In this document: one piece after another, positions 21,831 to 34,738 of the stretch | How the letters are laid out: the number at the start of each line of letters is the position of its first letter | Numbering within the stretch: position 1 is the first letter of the stretch | Assembly (NCBI RefSeq): GCF_004010195.1 | Contig: NC_057718.1 | Coordinates: 23,342,637 to 23,406,636, forward strand | Length of the DNA stretch: 64,000 nt | Direction: 5' to 3' | DNA from: Chiloscyllium plagiosum | Taxonomy: Eukaryota | Notes under the pieces: model-generated | Database searches by the model: none | Seen by the model: only the letters and a program-made list of their open reading frames with translations | Told to the model about the DNA's origin: nothing | Translations under genes and position numbers: made by a program

Positions 21831-24800
21831 AGAGCATGGCTGATCTGATCTGGTGTTAGATCCTGCCTGCCTCCTGCTCTAACCTTTGACTCTCATCAGT
21901 TAAAAATCTGCCTCATTCAGCCGTGAATATGTTCAATGACCCAGCTTCCATTACTCAGGCAGAGAATTCCAAATGCTAGCAATCCTCCAAAAGAAGAAAT
22001 TCCTCCTCATCTGACTGAATCTTCCCTGAACTCCTTCCAGTGCAGTAAGCTGAACAAAACTGGATGCAGCCATCGAGGAGCGGCCACACTAATCCTCGTG
22101 TTTCGTGACCTCCTACATTTGAAAACTAACTACTGAGTATGATATTGAGTTTTCTCTGTCCTCCATTTAATGTGTGATGCAGCAACTTTCTTTTACTCTG
22201 ATTCCTCTCCACAATTTATGGACATTTGGTCACAGAGGCTTAGGAGAAGGGACAAAACGATACCTTGTGAAAATAAAATGGTAAACCAGGATGCTAGCAT
22301 CTGTATCCACAAGTTTCCAAATTAATATTGCACCAACTAAACTGCCATCCATGATATGCACAAAGGAGCTTTTAATTAACACTGGATCATGGGTTCTGGG
22401 ATTTAATTAATTGTTAAAAAAAGTTGATGATGGCTTCTATTCATTAATTTGAACTTGATTTCATGCTTTGAAAGCTTCATAAAGTATTTATGCATGGGCA
22501 GTTCAAATTGTGTTCCTCTTTTTAATATTCTAGATAAATTCAAACTTCTCAGTAATTTTAGCTGGGAATGTCCTTTCATCTTTTATTACATGAATTGCCA
22601 TTAAATGTTGCTTGTAGCCAGACCGCAGCCTTGCTAAACCCTGCCAGCTTTCAGATGCAGGAATATCTTCCTTCTGTACTAAGCAATTTTAACACGTTTC
22701 ATGGCATGACATTTAGAAAGGAGGGATTCTTCGTTCAACTGGCAATGAATCTTTACAAACTTTAATGGAAAAGCATAACTTGGAAGAATTGACAGGTTAC
22801 AATGTTCTAGGTCCACCAGGATACTGTTCTCGGAGTAAACTCCAGATCCCTTGTCAACTGGCCTGCAGAGTTCAGTTGTTGGAGCTCCTACTGCTAACTA
22901 CCTGTGATCACATGATTATCTTGCTTCTCCAGACACTACAAGCTGAATCTTACCATATTTTGGCAAAGGGTCATGTTCATTGAGTCCCAGGCAGAATTTA
23001 TCTCCCTGAGGTCTGTCGCACTTTAACATGAAAATATCCCAAACTTGACTCATCGGTGACCTGTGGCGGCCCTCTTGGCAATGTTAGCCTGATATTCCGG
23101 TAATCACCGTACCATTGCTAAAAGGCCATTGCACGGCAGGTTAGGTGCCACTTGTTGCTCCTGATGTCAAGAAAGGCCTCGCTCGGCTTCTCTCATGATT
23201 CTCCCATATTTCTTGCTTTTTTTGTGCGCCTGGGTGAATTCCGCACAAAGGAGATCTTCCTTTCCTCATGGCTTCCTGAATTCCAACTTTGTCCCCAGAT
23301 GATCCACCTCGGTCTGCTCCAGCCATTTGCCTGCTCCACTCCCACTTCCCGGCTCTCCGGCTGCCATCAATCATTGCGGTCTACTCTCTTCTCGGTCCTA
23401 ACCCCTCAATGCTGCGACCCATCAGGATGAAACTCTGCTATAACTCACATGGTTACAGCCCTGCCCTTCTTCTGTCACTCTATCTTGTTGCTTGGTTACC
23501 AACCTTGACAACAGTTATTGGCACAGTACAGAGGACTAGAGTAAAATCTATATCAAGTAAGTTTATTAGTTTACTTAAAACAGAGATACAATTCACACCT
23601 TTTGGTTAAGAAGAGCTTAACCACAGACATGCAAAAATCTAGATCAATGCTCATTATTTTCCATGACGTTGCCTGAACAGTTTTCAAAAATAAAAGCTAC
23701 TACCTGAGAATAGAAACTCATGTAGGCCAGACAATTTCTCCTAGGTCTTGGGGTTATCACCATGCTCCCAAGTGTGGGGTCCATAATTTTGCGAAGGCCG
23801 ATGTCCAGAGTTTTCACTGCTGGCATGCTGAAATCCTTCATTTTTGTCCTTTTTCCTTATCTTCCCAAGCTGCGGTGTCTTGACCTTGTTGGTTCTTAGC
23901 TCATCTGATGATCTGGTGTCTTTCCACCATGGGTTCACACCAAGGACACCTCATTTTTCATTTTCAAAATAAGGACTTGCACCTTATGTCATCGTCAGAG
24001 CTGATCTGGTTCAAGCCGGCCCAAGCCAGTAGCTGGGGATCGGGTAATTTCAGCTCACAAGCTTGCTCCTTTTATGTGTGAGTAACCCCTGGCCAACAAT
24101 CTCGCTCCTTCCTTGAGGTTTCTCGAGTTGAGGAGTCAGTCTGACTGAGTATCCAACAGCTAAATGCCTCTGCTAATTTCCCTTTCCTGATTCTCTGGTC
24201 ATACTCAGAGGCTTCGGCTATCCTACTTGCAAGTCCTGGACCCATGCCCCTCACGGCTGGTTTCCATTCGCACTTGGCTCCACCACAAAGCTTGCCAACG
24301 ACACACCTTTTCTGCAGATAGGGGACCAACTACCCGCTCCCCTGATTTGTGTTTGCTCCCTGCTCTGGGAGAGCCCCACCACACTTTTACTTTAAACCTG
24401 TTGGAAACCATCATATTTCCAAATACTGTATTTCTCCTGATATTAAAATTAATGAAGACCAGTTATGTGGACTATAATATTTGCATTATCTGGAGGTTGG
24501 ATATGGACCTAAGTCGAAAGATCATGTAAAGATCATTTATTCACTATCAGTTAAGCTTTCACCTTGACAACAGGAGAAAAATTCTAAAGATGTAAAGGCA
24601 AAACAAGTCTTTAATTCTCCTGACTGAATGAGCATTGTCACTTCAGGCAGAAAGTTCCAGAGTTTTTTGTCAAGTTGCTGTCTTATAGTTTTCTTGCACA
24701 TGTTTGTCCAGTCAAACAATTAATTTGATTTTAAATATCAAAATTGGTCTAATATCTTTCTACGTATGTGCAGAGCCTTGTCAAATTTTTGGTTAGCTGA

Positions 24801-25129
24801 AGATATCCAGGGAGCTGAGAGGGAAGGGCTTAGGAAAGCGGACTGAGAGGAGAGACATCAGTGATTAAATTCTTGCAGTTAAATGCTGCTCATTTGACTG
24901 CTGGAAGTCCCACAGGACTTTATCCTTTTTGTGGAACATGAATAGTGGAAGCCGCACAGAACACAAAAGAGGCAGTTAGTCAATTAGAGTCAACATCATT
25001 ACACAGTTCATTAATTACTTGTGACGCACTCTAATAGACCAAACCAACTGTGTTTTGGTAAATATTTACAAATGTCTTCAATTCAGTCTCCTTTTTTTAA
25101 ACATGAATTGACAAGGTGAGATTTAGGGA

Positions 25130-25500
25130 ACATCAGCTTGAGTTTAGTTCTGGTACTAATGATTTTGAGTTGATGTGTTCAAGCCACGGAGTTGAACAAG
25201 TTTATACCTGGTCATTTTATACAATACCATAGAGGTGCTGCAAGGTCAAAGACGATCTAATCAGGACCCCACAGTACTATTAAAAGAGATTTCCTCATCT
25301 CTAAGCCAAAATACAACGCTCAGTCAGCACTACTAAAACAGATGAACCAGTTGTTTACTTCACTCTAATTGGTGCAATCTTGCTGTGAATGCATTGGGGC
25401 CTACACTGCCTGCATTAGCACCAGGTCTATCATACAAAGGTACTTCATTGGCTGTGAACCACCCTTGAAGCCTTCTCAGGATTGAAAAATGTGATTTGTC
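25130..25500 (+). mobile_element. Deu-domain SINE, strongly decayed
   Basis: GGTGCTGCA...CACTACTAAAACAGATGA...TCTTGCTGTG...GTACTTCATTGGCTGTGAA is collinear with the reverse complement of 14515-14900. Confidence 0.6.
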
Positions 25501-25689
25501 CACTCATCCGCATAAATGCATATTGTTAGCTTTATTGTCACGAACAAAGTTTGCTGATGATTGAACATTCAAATAGTATTAATGCAAGTGGTCGATCAAC
25601 TAACCACAATGATGAGTCATTCAAGTATTTATCATCTCAGCTTTAATAAGTTCTTCCAAATCTGATGAGGCAAAGACAACCAATGCGTT

Positions 25690-25850
25690 GGAACACAGAG
25701 ATCTACAAGTTCCCCTTCAAGTCATACACCATCCTGACTTAGAACTATTCCTTCACTGTCACTCAAAACCCTAGAACTCCCTATCGGACAGCACTATGCA
25801 GTATCTATACCCCAAGGATTACAACAGTTTAAGAAGGTGCTTAATGGGAC
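25690..25850 (+). mobile_element. LINE 3' fragment of the family that seems to share the SINE tail
   Basis: AAGTCATACACCATCCTGACTT...CCTAGAACTCCCT...CAGTTTAAGAAGG resembles the segment before the tail at 10520-10570; family recalled from memory. Confidence 0.5.
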
Positions 25851-26278
25851 AACTACGAATGGCCTTTGTATTTCTTTTGTGCTTTGTTTCCTTAAAAGAT
25901 TATTTAATTAGTTTTTGTTGATTAAGCGTATCAATGTACATGGAGCTACGGCCACATTTTTGGGGACTATAAACTGAAATGGAAGTTGGAAAAACCAGGA
26001 ACGTTTTGCGACTTGAGAATCGTGTGTTGCATTTGTCGAGTTGTGTTGTACAATGGTGCTTTTTAGATGCAGTAAGAGGGAAAATTCGAGACTGAATAGC
26101 GCTGAGGACCTTTAGAGTTGAGGAAATTCTGTTTGACAAGAGCCAAATGGTTGGTTGAGCTATAGAGTGTTAAAAAGCTGTAAGTGCCAAGAGCAGCAGA
26201 GTGGAAAAGGTATCTGGAGCCCATACACAGAAAACATCTTTCTTGTTTTTCTCCCTCTAAATATTTGTATGGGGAAAT

Positions 26279-26373
26279 GACAACCACCTGATGAAGGAGC
26301 AGCGCTCTGAAAACCAGTCCTTCCAAAAAACCTGTTATACTATAACCTGGTGTTGTGTAATTTTTAACTTTGT
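26279..26373 (+). mobile_element. Family A hammerhead element, single arm
   Basis: CAACCACCTGATGAAGGAGCAGCGCTCTGAAA...TATAACCTGGTGTTGTGT; cleavage triplet mutated. Confidence 0.8.
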
Positions 26374-27199
26374 TTTTACTGTTCTTGTTAAAGTTAAGTG
26401 TGTTACAATAAATAGATTTTTTTCAGTTTTACTGAAGGAACCTGGCCAGACAAATTGATCATTTTGGTGATTGCATTGGGAGTTATACACTTCCACTTGT
26501 TGTGCAATAGTGGAGTATAATTACAAGAGCATTCTACCTCGTTGAGTTCTTACATAGGGAGATAGAATTGAAATTTTGTTTCGCCATGGGTAGTGGATGG
26601 GGCTCAGATGGCTGAATGACTTACTTCTGATTCCAATGCCTCCTAGTGAACTTAAACTGGCATTTTCAGACCGCATTCAGGGCACAAAGTAGCCAATCTT
26701 TTATACAGGCGCTCAACAAAACTTTACAACATTGATATTATTCTGACATGTGTAATATCACGAAGACCATCTGTCTTTTAACAACTGAATTCTACATAAT
26801 GATTACTATGCATTTTGGATGATCTTTATTATGCTTTTTATAAAAGGAATTATAATCTATGGTGTGCCTTTGCAATTCATAATGTCAAGGTCCACTGGCC
26901 AACAAAGTAATATGATTAATAACAGGGGAACATGAACACTGGCGCCAGGTATAATTAAAAATGTAATCAATACTCCCAGCTGCCTGTTGCAACTTAGATA
27001 GCGAGGGTATTGTCACAAGCCACTTAGTCCAACAATGTCTAACAAGATCGCTTAAACTCCTTTTTTAATTAACTTTAAATATAGTGCAGTTTTATGACCA
27101 AACATTCATTCAAATAGAGAGTCCAACAGGGAGAGGCAGCATCTAAAAGAAAGTTTTTGCAAATTAACTCAACAGCTGTAACACTGCTCAGTTCTTTTT

Positions 27200-27522
27200 T
27201 CTTGCTTCAGTAAACATCACCGTCTCGGCTAGCACTCATTGCCCACGTCCACCATTGCTGTGCCTGGAATCATATGTAGTCCAGACCAAGTAAAGATGAC
27301 AAATTTCTTTCTCTAAACGAGGATACTGAATGAGGTGGGCTTTCAGAACAACCAACATTGGTCACATGGTCTCTATTAGGCTAGATTTTAGTTTCAATTC
27401 CAGATATCTTTGTATTAAATTCAAATTTCACCGACTGCCAAGGTGGGATTTTAACTCAATTTCCCATACTGGGGCTTTAGATCACTAGTCCCATTGTACT
27501 ACCATCACACCACTGCCTACCC
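27200..27522 (-). mobile_element. tRNA-derived SINE (family of 15281-15621)
   Basis: Reverse complement is collinear with the 15281 copy along its length. Confidence 0.75.
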
Positions 27523-27765
27523 TCTAAGTTTAACTGCGTCCATTTGATGAGTTGGGAAATAAAAGTCAGGCAATGAGAGAAAAGCTAAAACTATCAATGC
27601 AACATTACTGAGCAATAACCACATGAAAGAAAAGAACACTAAAAGATATTGTCGTGAGTTTTCATTTCACGCTGTCCATCCATTTGGGACTCGTGACCTA
27701 AGGGACTACAAGATGACTGAATTGTGGAATATATGCATTGGAACTTAAAACATCAAGGTTAGAAT

Positions 27766-27959
27766 AGCAGGTCAGGCAGCATCCATGGAGGAAAAACAAG
27801 CTAATGTTTCAGGTCTAGATGACTCTTCATCTGATGAGGAGTCACCTCGACTCAAAATGTTAGCTTGCATTTTCTCCATGGATGCTGGCTAACCCGCTTT
27901 GATCTCCAACACTTTTTTTCTTTCAATACAAATTCCAGCATCTGCAATATTTGGGTCAT
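27766..27959. mobile_element. Fold-back Penelope-like element, family D, with TSD
   Basis: AAGGTTAGAAT (27755-27765) and AAGCTTAGAAT (27960-27970); abutting inverted hammerhead cores centred near 27830. Confidence 0.78.
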
Positions 27960-28475
27960 AAGCTTAGAATCACATTAAGAATGGTTTAACAAAGTGCTTT
28001 TTTTACTTCTTCACTGAATCTTGGTGAGTGATACCCTTAGTAGGAAACATAGGAATTTGACAATTGTGGTACCCAATTTCATTCCAAAGAAGGATAGAAC
28101 AAGATGATGGTGATGTAGAGTGAAGGTTCCTTTGCTTCAAGTCTGCATCTCCACCTCAGCCACCCTTGTGATGTGGTTGCAAAAATTATTGCCAAAACGT
28201 GCATTGTATTCCAGGATAGATTCCAGATCTCACAAACCCTACTCCTTTACAAGTTATGTGACATAAAGACATGTGACATTCCAGTATGAAGGTACTCACT
28301 CACCTTCACCCACTCTCTCTGTCTAGTGGAGTCAGTGCAGCATCCTCAAGTGGTCAGTTATGTGTATATAATAAACAGTAACACCAGAAAAAAACACAGA
28401 AGCTAGATTATACATGTAAATCTGAGGTACAGTATCAGTCTAAATTGTTAATGGTAATAAACTTCAAATTATCTG

Positions 28476-28680
28476 GATAAAAACCAGAAAAACTGCAGAT
28501 GCTGTTAATCAGAAACAAAAACAGAAGTCGCTGGAAAAGCTCAGCAGGTCTGGAAGGATCTGTGAAGAGAAATCAGAGTTAAGGTTTCGGATCTGATGAC
28601 CCTCTCCTCAGAACCCTTGAGATTTCTCTTCACAGATGCTGCCAGACCTGCTGAGCTTTTCTAGCAACTTCTGTTTTTGT
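28476..28680. mobile_element. Fold-back Penelope-like element, family C, with 13-bp TSD
   Basis: TTCAAATTATCTG (28463-28475) and TTCAAATGATCTG (28681-28693); arms 28512-28574 and 28621-28683; minus-strand core at 28578-28614. Confidence 0.85.
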
Positions 28681-28953
28681 TTCAAATGATCTGTCTCAAT
28701 GAGAACATGACTCTCTGAAGTACATGTTGCATTGACTAGCATATGGAAAACACAAAATACATCAATTTGCTTACTTAGAATTAAAAAGAATTTTGTAGAC
28801 CACTTGGATTCTTAGGACCAAGAGAAAGAGTAAAGATTTATAGCCTATTGTCTGAATTAGGTTCCTGAGTCAGGATGTTCATTTTAGGACATCATACAAA
28901 TAGCATCAGGATGCCTCCCTTTTGATAGTTTCAAGCAAGTGGAACTTGAGAAC

Positions 28954-29153
28954 ATAGCTGGTTTCCCCGAGCTGCTGGCTGCCACTGACTGCGTCACTGA
29001 GTGGACAGTGTCACAATGCCGCAGAATTCATTAATGGGAAGGGGTTCCACTCCATTAATGTCCAGGTGATCTCTTCCTGGAAATGTGTGCCAACGTCCTG
29101 GCAGCTGCCACAACTTCTGCATCCTGGAGTACTCTCATATACCTGATGTGTTT
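28954..29153 (+). pseudogene. PIF/Harbinger (HARBI1-like) DDE transposase fossil
   Basis: Manual translation across frameshifts: IAGFPELLAATDC ... EFINGKGFHSINVQVI ... FLEMCA.PGSCHNFCILEYSHIPDVF, matching G-F-P..GAIDC / NRKGFHSINVQ / PGSxHD motifs. Confidence 0.8.
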
Positions 29154-29620
29154 GCTGGTCCAGGCCCTCAGTAGAAGCAGGCTAGTGGTGATTTAAAGAG
29201 TCTGTTCAGCTGGGATATAGCTAAACCAGGTAAATTGAAAGGCTTCTGGTGAGTAAACAGTGACTACAATGAGAGAATGTGGTCGGATGTGACAGGGAGA
29301 ATCACTATGCTGAATGTGTGCTTTGAACACCATGACTGACTAACTGCTGGTATGGTGTACTGATACCTTGAACCGTTGCCATCAATGTGTTGTTGTTAGA
29401 CCCACGATGCCCTTTGGGAGGGAATTGTGGATCGAGCAGTTTAGGATCTTGAAAGGATGACATCTAACATCTGGGAGGGGGGCGGAGTGTGGGTGGGGAG
29501 GATATTGTCCTCAAAGCCTCGATAACAACACCTGAAACATCAGTGTCAACTGAAACCTGCTGCCAGTGTGAAATAACTTATATTGTTTTAACTACAACAA
29601 ACTCTTTTAGCTACAACAAG

Positions 29621-29836
29621 AAGTGGTTTCCTGCTATAACATGCATTGTGTTAATGTGATTCGTTATAAAACGATTGACAAATTAGGGACACTGTTTCTA
29701 GAGCTCAAACTTTGAAAGCATGTATTGGTTATAACATTATTATGGCCCCATTACTTTCAATGGTGCTGCTATTACACGATTTTCTTATAAAATTGCACGA
29801 GAACAGAGCGACTGTGTTATAGCAAAACTGACTGTA
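29621..29836. mobile_element. Tc1/mariner (pogo/Tigger-like) MITE
   Basis: Imperfect terminal inverted repeats sharing TGCTATAAC (29632-29640 and 29816-29824); right end CTG|TA. A related solo end TA|CAGGTTGTTCTGCTATAAC is at 36047-36067. Confidence 0.55.
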
Positions 29837-31224
29837 CCATACTAGATCAAGCAGGCCCTGTTGTTTATTATGTTTAAGGAGGATGGTGACAGCAACCATC
29901 ATGACAAGCAACAGATCATAGAGTATAATGAATTGGCAGGCCCACACAGCATAAGAGGCAGTGGTGCGGATTTGATTCTCATAAACACACGGTGAGCAGA
30001 CGTGTAAGATTGCCACACTCAGCTTTAAAGAGGCTTGCTCATACATTGCCGTCAGCAACAGGGAAGTTTTCAGAACCAGACCACAGAAACCCTCACGTCA
30101 ATCCTCAAAAAGGAAGAATTCCTTCAGTGCATGATTGAAATGTGTTTAAGAGATGCACCGCAAGAGGAGAATTAGCAACTCCCTGGAGGAGGAAGGCTAC
30201 TAACTCTGAAGCAGATACTGATTGCATCATGAACAATGTTAAGTGGGAATGGTCCCAGGTCAAAGTTCAGTTGTGAGCAAACAGACATCAGAGCTTCAGT
30301 GAATAAAGCTTAAAATCCCTGGCGGGTCATGGGAAATTTGTAAAATGACTGGAAAAGTGAAGAATTTTTTAAATTACTCAGCTCTAACATCATCACCATA
30401 GCAACCAACATCAAAAGTTGCAGCTACAGAATCAGAATGAAAAGGAGCTGAAAGAAATATTAAGCTGAGACCGTCAATCCAGGGACATTGCAAAGCTCAT
30501 AATTAAATCAATATGCTTGAACAGATTAGAAGCCAATGCATACTTTGTCTAAATGGGATAAAAAATTTTGGAAGACTTCATTCAGGTCACTGTAAAATGC
30601 AGGAGATTCTTAATAAGAACCACAACGAGAATAGAAATCATGTATTAAAGCCAGGAACAATGCAACCAATTCAATGAAGCTATGAAAACGATAAGAATCC
30701 TCCACATGAGCCATGGGAAAGCAGAGATCATCCAATTTAAGTGCAAAATGTAGCGAAACCCTCCAATGCAACAGCAGTACTGCTGCTACTGTGAAATAAA
30801 GTCTCTTAAGCAAGAAAAATATGAAATATGTTGAAAAAAGTCCATTTGATTCTTAACGTACAAAACCAAACACAACATGTTACAAACCAGCCAGCAAGAT
30901 AGAAACCAGTGAATAAAATTCTTGACAGTGCTATGTAGGAAACAAACAACACATATGCAAACAGTGCCTAACTATCATAAGTAAATTTTTTGTCTTTCAC
31001 ACAGTAGATCACTTTCAGAAAATGTTTGGAAGGGAGAACACAGTTTCAGAAAAATGAGAGATCAAAATAACCAGGAACACAAAGTAATTAATGAGGTGGA
31101 GCACTTTACAACAAAAGAATCTCATTGAAGAACAGTGTGATCCTGCCCTTACATTTTGGTAAATGAATACGTATGTCAAGAGTCATCTCACAAATTCCAA
31201 GTTAGACACCAGTACAAGTGTCGC

Positions 31225-31757
31225 TGTATTACTCAGAAGTGAACCATGCTTAAGAAGCTGCTGCTGACGAAGAGTTATTAAACTGGAGAGGTTGCAGAAA
31301 AAGATTTACAAGGATGTTGACGGGATTGGAGTTATGGGGAGAAGTTGAATAGGCTGAGGTTTTTTTCCCTGAAGCATTGGAGGCTGAGGATTGACCTTGG
31401 GAGTAAAGGGTTATAAAGTCATGACAGGCATAGATAACATGAATAGACAAGGGTGGGGGAGTCCAGCACTAGAGGACATAGGTTTAAGGTGAGAGTGGAA
31501 AGATTTATAAAGGTCCTGAATGATGATTTGCTCATGCAGAGTTTGGTGTGTGTATGGAACAAACTGCCGGAGGAAGTGGGAGAGGCTGGTACAATTACAA
31601 CATTTAAAAGTTATCTGGATGGATAAATGAATAGGAAGGTTTTAGAGGGATAGGGGCCAAGTGTTGGCAATGGGATGAGATCAGATTGGGATGCCTGGTT
31701 GGTGCGGACGAGTTGGGGTGAAGGGTCTGTTTCTGTTCTGTATGACTATGACTATTA
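31225..31757 (+). mobile_element. 5'-truncated CR1 LINE, decayed
   Basis: Collinear with 21330-21830; tail TATGACTATGACTA. Confidence 0.88.
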
Positions 31758-31764
31758 TACTGAA

Positions 31765-31866
31765 TTCAAAACATTAACTCAGTTTCTCTCTTTGTAGATG
31801 TTGCCTGACTTGCTGAATTTCCTCAGCATTTTCTGTCGTTATTTCAGATTTTGAGCATGTGCAGTA
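31765..31866 (+). mobile_element. Decayed family C-like arm
   Basis: AAACATTAACTC...AGATGTTGCCTGACTTGCTGA...TTCAGATTT..AGCA..TGCAGTA. Confidence 0.55.
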
Positions 31867-32267
31867 CCTAGTTAATGTTCCTCCCCCATTCAGCTAACAA
31901 TCTGCAAAGTCCAAAGTGATGTATTCTAGTACAATAGTGAGACCTCCAGATGGGAGTGCTGGGTGAAGATGTTGTGGGGTTAAATGTAATTGTATAGACA
32001 ATGACATTATATTAATAATGACACAAAAGGAAACTTGTCGCAAAAAGGTCCGAAACAGTCTGAGAGGTTTAAAACTGAGAACTTCCATAAGCATCTCCAT
32101 TATGGTGATGTCTCATGGATTTTTGGGCTGAACATTTTAGGATTTTGAAAGATTGTGAACCAACGTGTGGTCCTGTACAAAGTCTCTATAACAATGTCTG
32201 TCATATCAACATAATCTGTAATTAGTTGCTAACAATAAACTTAATCTCATAACTATCCCTTCATCAA

Positions 32268-32383
32268 TTATGCCCAAACCATTGATTCTGCTGCTCCTCG
32301 GATACTGCCTGACCTGCTGTGCTTTTCCAGCACCACACTCTTGATTCTAATCTCCAGCATCTGCAATCCCCACTTTCTACTAG
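32268..32383 (+). mobile_element. Family B arm, 5'-truncated within the hammerhead
   Basis: TTATGCCCAAACCATTGATTCTGCTGCTCCTCGGATACTGCCTGACCTGCTG...CTCCAGCATCTGCA matches 50328-50420. Confidence 0.75.
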
Positions 32384-33761
32384 AATATATACTTCAAATT
32401 TGGAACAGGAAGTAGCTATTCTCAACTGCATTAGACAAAGCAGGCCCTGTAGTTTCTGACAAGATAGTTGTCACATCCTTCATCATGATCAGCAGCTCAT
32501 ACAGTGTAGTGACCTGGCCCTGGCCCTATTATATATGGCTGTAAAACACTGTATAAATGCAAGTATTTCTGATTCCTTGGTAGGTGTCACATATCAATTA
32601 AAGCACCTGATCATGGGATACAAATGGCAACTAATAGCTGCTCATGTCATTTCCTTTACTTCTGTCAATGATGATGGAAAACAATGAACTAGGACAAATG
32701 GAAAGGAGCTTTGCTATTGACACAGGACCACAAGGTAACTGTGGATTAATAAGATCTTTAGAAAGTATTTTTAACTGATCACCTTCACAAATTGCTTTCA
32801 CCATCCACATTACAACACACTTAGGATATTTTTAAAATATTTAATTTTGCTCTCATTGACAGTTTCTGAATTACAAACTCTAAAGAGGATTTCTACATTA
32901 ATTTGATTGCATCTGCATAATAGGTGAACTTTAATTAATTTAATTGATACGATAATTATATTCATCCATTTATGAAGCTCTAACTGTGCGGTGTTATTAG
33001 TGAACATAACCTTTGGAGTCCATTATGAGCTTTTAACCTTTAAAATGCCTATCTTTTGACAAATATAACAGTTTCTCTGATGGGAACAGTATGAAGAATG
33101 AATTTGCATCAACATATACAAGTTGACATCATGATGTTTGTTTTATCTGGGTAATGCAGATCTCTTTATTTCAATCATAAATTAATGAGCAACGGGGACT
33201 GGAGCCAGTGCTAGCTCCCAGTAGGACATAAGGTTTTAGCCGAGAGCAGCTCACACTGACCATGGTTGCTAGTGCAACTTCTTTCCAGAAGTTGATCTTA
33301 ACTGCAGATTGCTTTACCTATCATGTAGTGCCAGCTAAATGTAATATCTGTGCTTCAACCAAGTCCAGAGATTGGGAAGTGAACATTATTGACAGTGAGC
33401 AGTAATGAAGCATGACACTGCTTGATAGCACAGAATGTCAAATCATTAAGAGAAATGGACTAGATGGAAATGACACACTTCAAATCAAACCCATCTTTTA
33501 CAAAATTGAGGAGCAAGAGTGTGCAGAATACTGATTCTGCTGGAAAAGTTGTGAGTTACGTCAACATTAATAATCATGGTTCACAGTAATTTTTCAGCAA
33601 GCTTGATGTTTACAATGATGATATCATTTGACCATATTCTTTTAAAGAAGACAGAGTTAACGGGAACAATGGTGTTCTGATAAATTACTTAGCACAACTC
33701 AAGGGTCCACATGGATATGTTAAAATCAGAATTCAGAATAAGCATGTGTTGTATGGGGGAG

Positions 33762-34365
33762 GTTCAAGTACATGATTCTTTGAAGTTTGCATCACAAAGT
33801 GCCAGGCTGATTAGAAACGTGTTTGGCACACTTGCCTTCATTGCCCAGTCCTTTGAATATAGGAGTTGGGATGGCATGTTGAAGTTGTACAGGATGCTGG
33901 TGAGTCCTCTTCTGGAATATTGTGTCCAGTTCTGGTCGCCCTGTTATAGGAAGGATATTATTAAGTTGGAGAGGGTTCAGAAAAGGTTTGTCAGGATTTT
34001 GCCAGGTATGGAAGGTTTGAGTTAATAAAAAAGTTGGATAGGCTGGGACTTTTTTCATTGGAGAGCAGGAGGTTGAGAGTTGACGTTATAGACATTTATA
34101 AAATAATGAGTGGTCCAGATAGAGTTAATGGTAATTATCTTTTCCTGAGGATGGGTGGGGTGGTTTTAAGACTAGGGTCACATTTTTAAGACAAGAAGAG
34201 AGACATATTAAAAAGATATGAGAGGCAAACATTTTACAGAGTGGGTGGCTCACATGTGGAATGAACTTCCTGAGCAGGCAGGTGGGACTAGTTTAGTTTG
34301 GGATTATGTTCGGCATGGACTGGTGGACCAAAGGATCGGTTTCCGTGCTGTATGACCCGACGACA
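33762..34365 (+). mobile_element. 5'-truncated CR1 LINE
   Basis: ORF 33711-34025 (LEYCVQFWSPCYRKDIIKLERVQKRF). Confidence 0.9.
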
Positions 34366-34600
34366 AGACATTTGGGTTAGAATTTCCTGAATTCATCTCC
34401 TGCTTTTTAGATGGTTAGGAATAGAGATTGAAGAAGAGTTCTAACTCATTTTGGAGACTAAGATATAAGGATCTGAGGAGCATAAGTTGGGAGCATAGGC
34501 TGTCAGGGAAGGATGTCATGGAAATGTGGAACTTTTTCAAGGAACAGTACGACGTGTTCCTTGATATGTATGTACCTGTCAGGCAGGAAAGAAATGGTCG

Positions 34601-34738
34601 NNNNNNNNNNNNNNNNNNNNNNNNNNNNNNNNNNNNNNNNNNNNNNNNNNNNNNNNNNNNNNNNNNNNNNNNNNNNNNNNNNNNNNNNNNNNNNNNNNNN
34701 NNNNNNNNNNNNNNNNNNNNNNNNNNNNNNNNNNNNNN
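34601..34738. other. Assembly gap (138 N) flanked by CR1 fragments
   Basis: N run; left flank 34468-34600 is CR1 ORF2 (+), right flank 34739-35000 is CR1 (-). Confidence 0.97.
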
